Below, one piece after another: positions 63,495 through 64,000 of a stretch of 64,000 nt of DNA; the first letter of the stretch is position 1; each line of letters opens with the position of its first letter. This DNA comes from a virus. The stretch lies in the IMG/VR virus record IMGVR_UViG_3300010392_000634, one strand, 5' to 3'. The notes under the pieces were generated by a model. That model searched no databases. It was not told where the DNA came from and saw only the letters and a list, made by a program, of their open reading frames with translations. Position numbers and translations under genes: made by a program.

Positions 63495-63896
63495 ATGAGT
63501 TATTGTAAGGTTCAAATGATTGGTAATCTGACTAGAGACCCGGAAGTTAAACAGGTCGGCAGTGGAACATCAGTAGCAAATGTAGGTTTGGCAACAAACA
63601 AGCGAATCAAGAGTGGTGATAATTACACCGAGAAGGTGTCTTTCCATGATTTGGTTCTTTGGGGCAAGCAAGCAGAAATTTTTTGTAAGTATCTGTCTAA
63701 GGGTAGTCAGGTCTTCATTGATGGAGAGCTGGAATATGATGAGTGGGAAGACAAGGAAAGTGGAAAGAATCGGCGTAAAGCTGTAATCCGTGTAAATGAA
63801 TTCAAGATGCTTGGAGGCAAGAACTCTAGCTCTGATAATTCTCAACCAAGTGCTCCTGCTAACACAGATATTCCAGATGACGATGTTCCATTCTAA
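63495..63896 (+). CDS. ssb: single-stranded DNA-binding protein (E. coli SSB type)
   Basis: OB-fold N-terminus; acidic C-terminal tail ending DDDVPF. Confidence 0.85.
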   Translation: MSYCKVQMIGNLTRDPEVKQVGSGTSVANVGLATNKRIKSGDNYTEKVSFHDLVLWGKQAEIFCKYLSKGSQVFIDGELEYDEWEDKESGKNRRKAVIRVNEFKMLGGKNSSSDNSQPSAPANTDIPDDDVPF

Positions 63897-63909
63897 TAGG
63901 AGATTCTAA

Positions 63910-64000
63910 TGATGTATTACAACTGTCAATTTTGTGGTACACCAACGGAATCAGAACAAAATAGCGATTTAGAGGCGAGGACGTGCAAAGCATGTTCTCG
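63910..64000 (+). CDS. hypothetical zinc-ribbon protein (5' partial, runs off the window)
   Basis: MMYYNCQFCG ... CKACS; truncated by the window end. Confidence 0.35.

Noticed and set aside
1-64000. Prophage or mobile-element hallmarks (integrase, attachment sites, IS transposase, CRISPR array, rRNA)
   Set aside because: None were seen. There are no tyrosine or serine recombinase motifs, no terminal inverted repeats, no regularly spaced direct repeats with spacers and no rRNA-like sequence. The region reads as a lytic phage genome segment.

Overview
This window reads as a gene-dense slice of a large, low-GC, virulent (lytic) tailed phage, not a bacterial chromosome. There are about 150 short, tightly packed or overlapping genes, and all but one are on the + strand. 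Most have AGGAGA-type ribosome-binding sites and ATGA start/stop overlaps. I found no integrase, IS element, CRISPR array or rRNA.

Three coding blocks can be recognised.

(1) 1-28.7 kb: mostly small ORFs of unknown function. It includes a RlmN/Cfr-like radical-SAM methyltransferase, an NAD-dependent sugar epimerase, an HD-domain (p)ppGpp-hydrolase-like protein, a Tat-signal DUF1501-like protein and many small two-helix membrane proteins. It ends in an RNA-repair-looking module: Rnl2-type RNA ligase, RtcB, a secreted SNase-like nuclease and a macro domain.

(2) 28.7-42.3 kb: a candidate modification or glycosylation cluster. It contains a BCS1-like AAA ATPase, ThyX, a nucleoside-deoxyribosyltransferase-like protein, three glycosyltransferases, a radical-SAM/SPASM enzyme, a TylF-like methyltransferase, vWA and RyR domain proteins, a thioredoxin and an ATP-grasp-like protein.

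(3) 46.8-60.2 kb: a tRNA array of about 30 tRNA genes, read by hand so the anticodon calls are provisional. Four HNH homing-endonuclease genes are interspersed in it, one on the minus strand. It also holds a PTH2-domain protein, a GNAT, a cytidylyltransferase and a hot-dog thioesterase. After the array come a large secreted trypsin-like protease and an E. coli-type SSB with a DDDVPF tail.

Four features stand out as unusual: a tRNA with anticodon CUA (putative amber suppressor); two loci in the tRNA array that look like circularly permuted or split tRNA genes, alongside orphan T-arm and acceptor elements; a three-member paralog family with Cys-rich C-termini; and a ten-plus-member family of small membrane proteins sharing an FWP(I/V)G motif.

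I cannot assign the phage lineage or host from sequence alone. The E. coli-type SSB argues against a T4-like phage.
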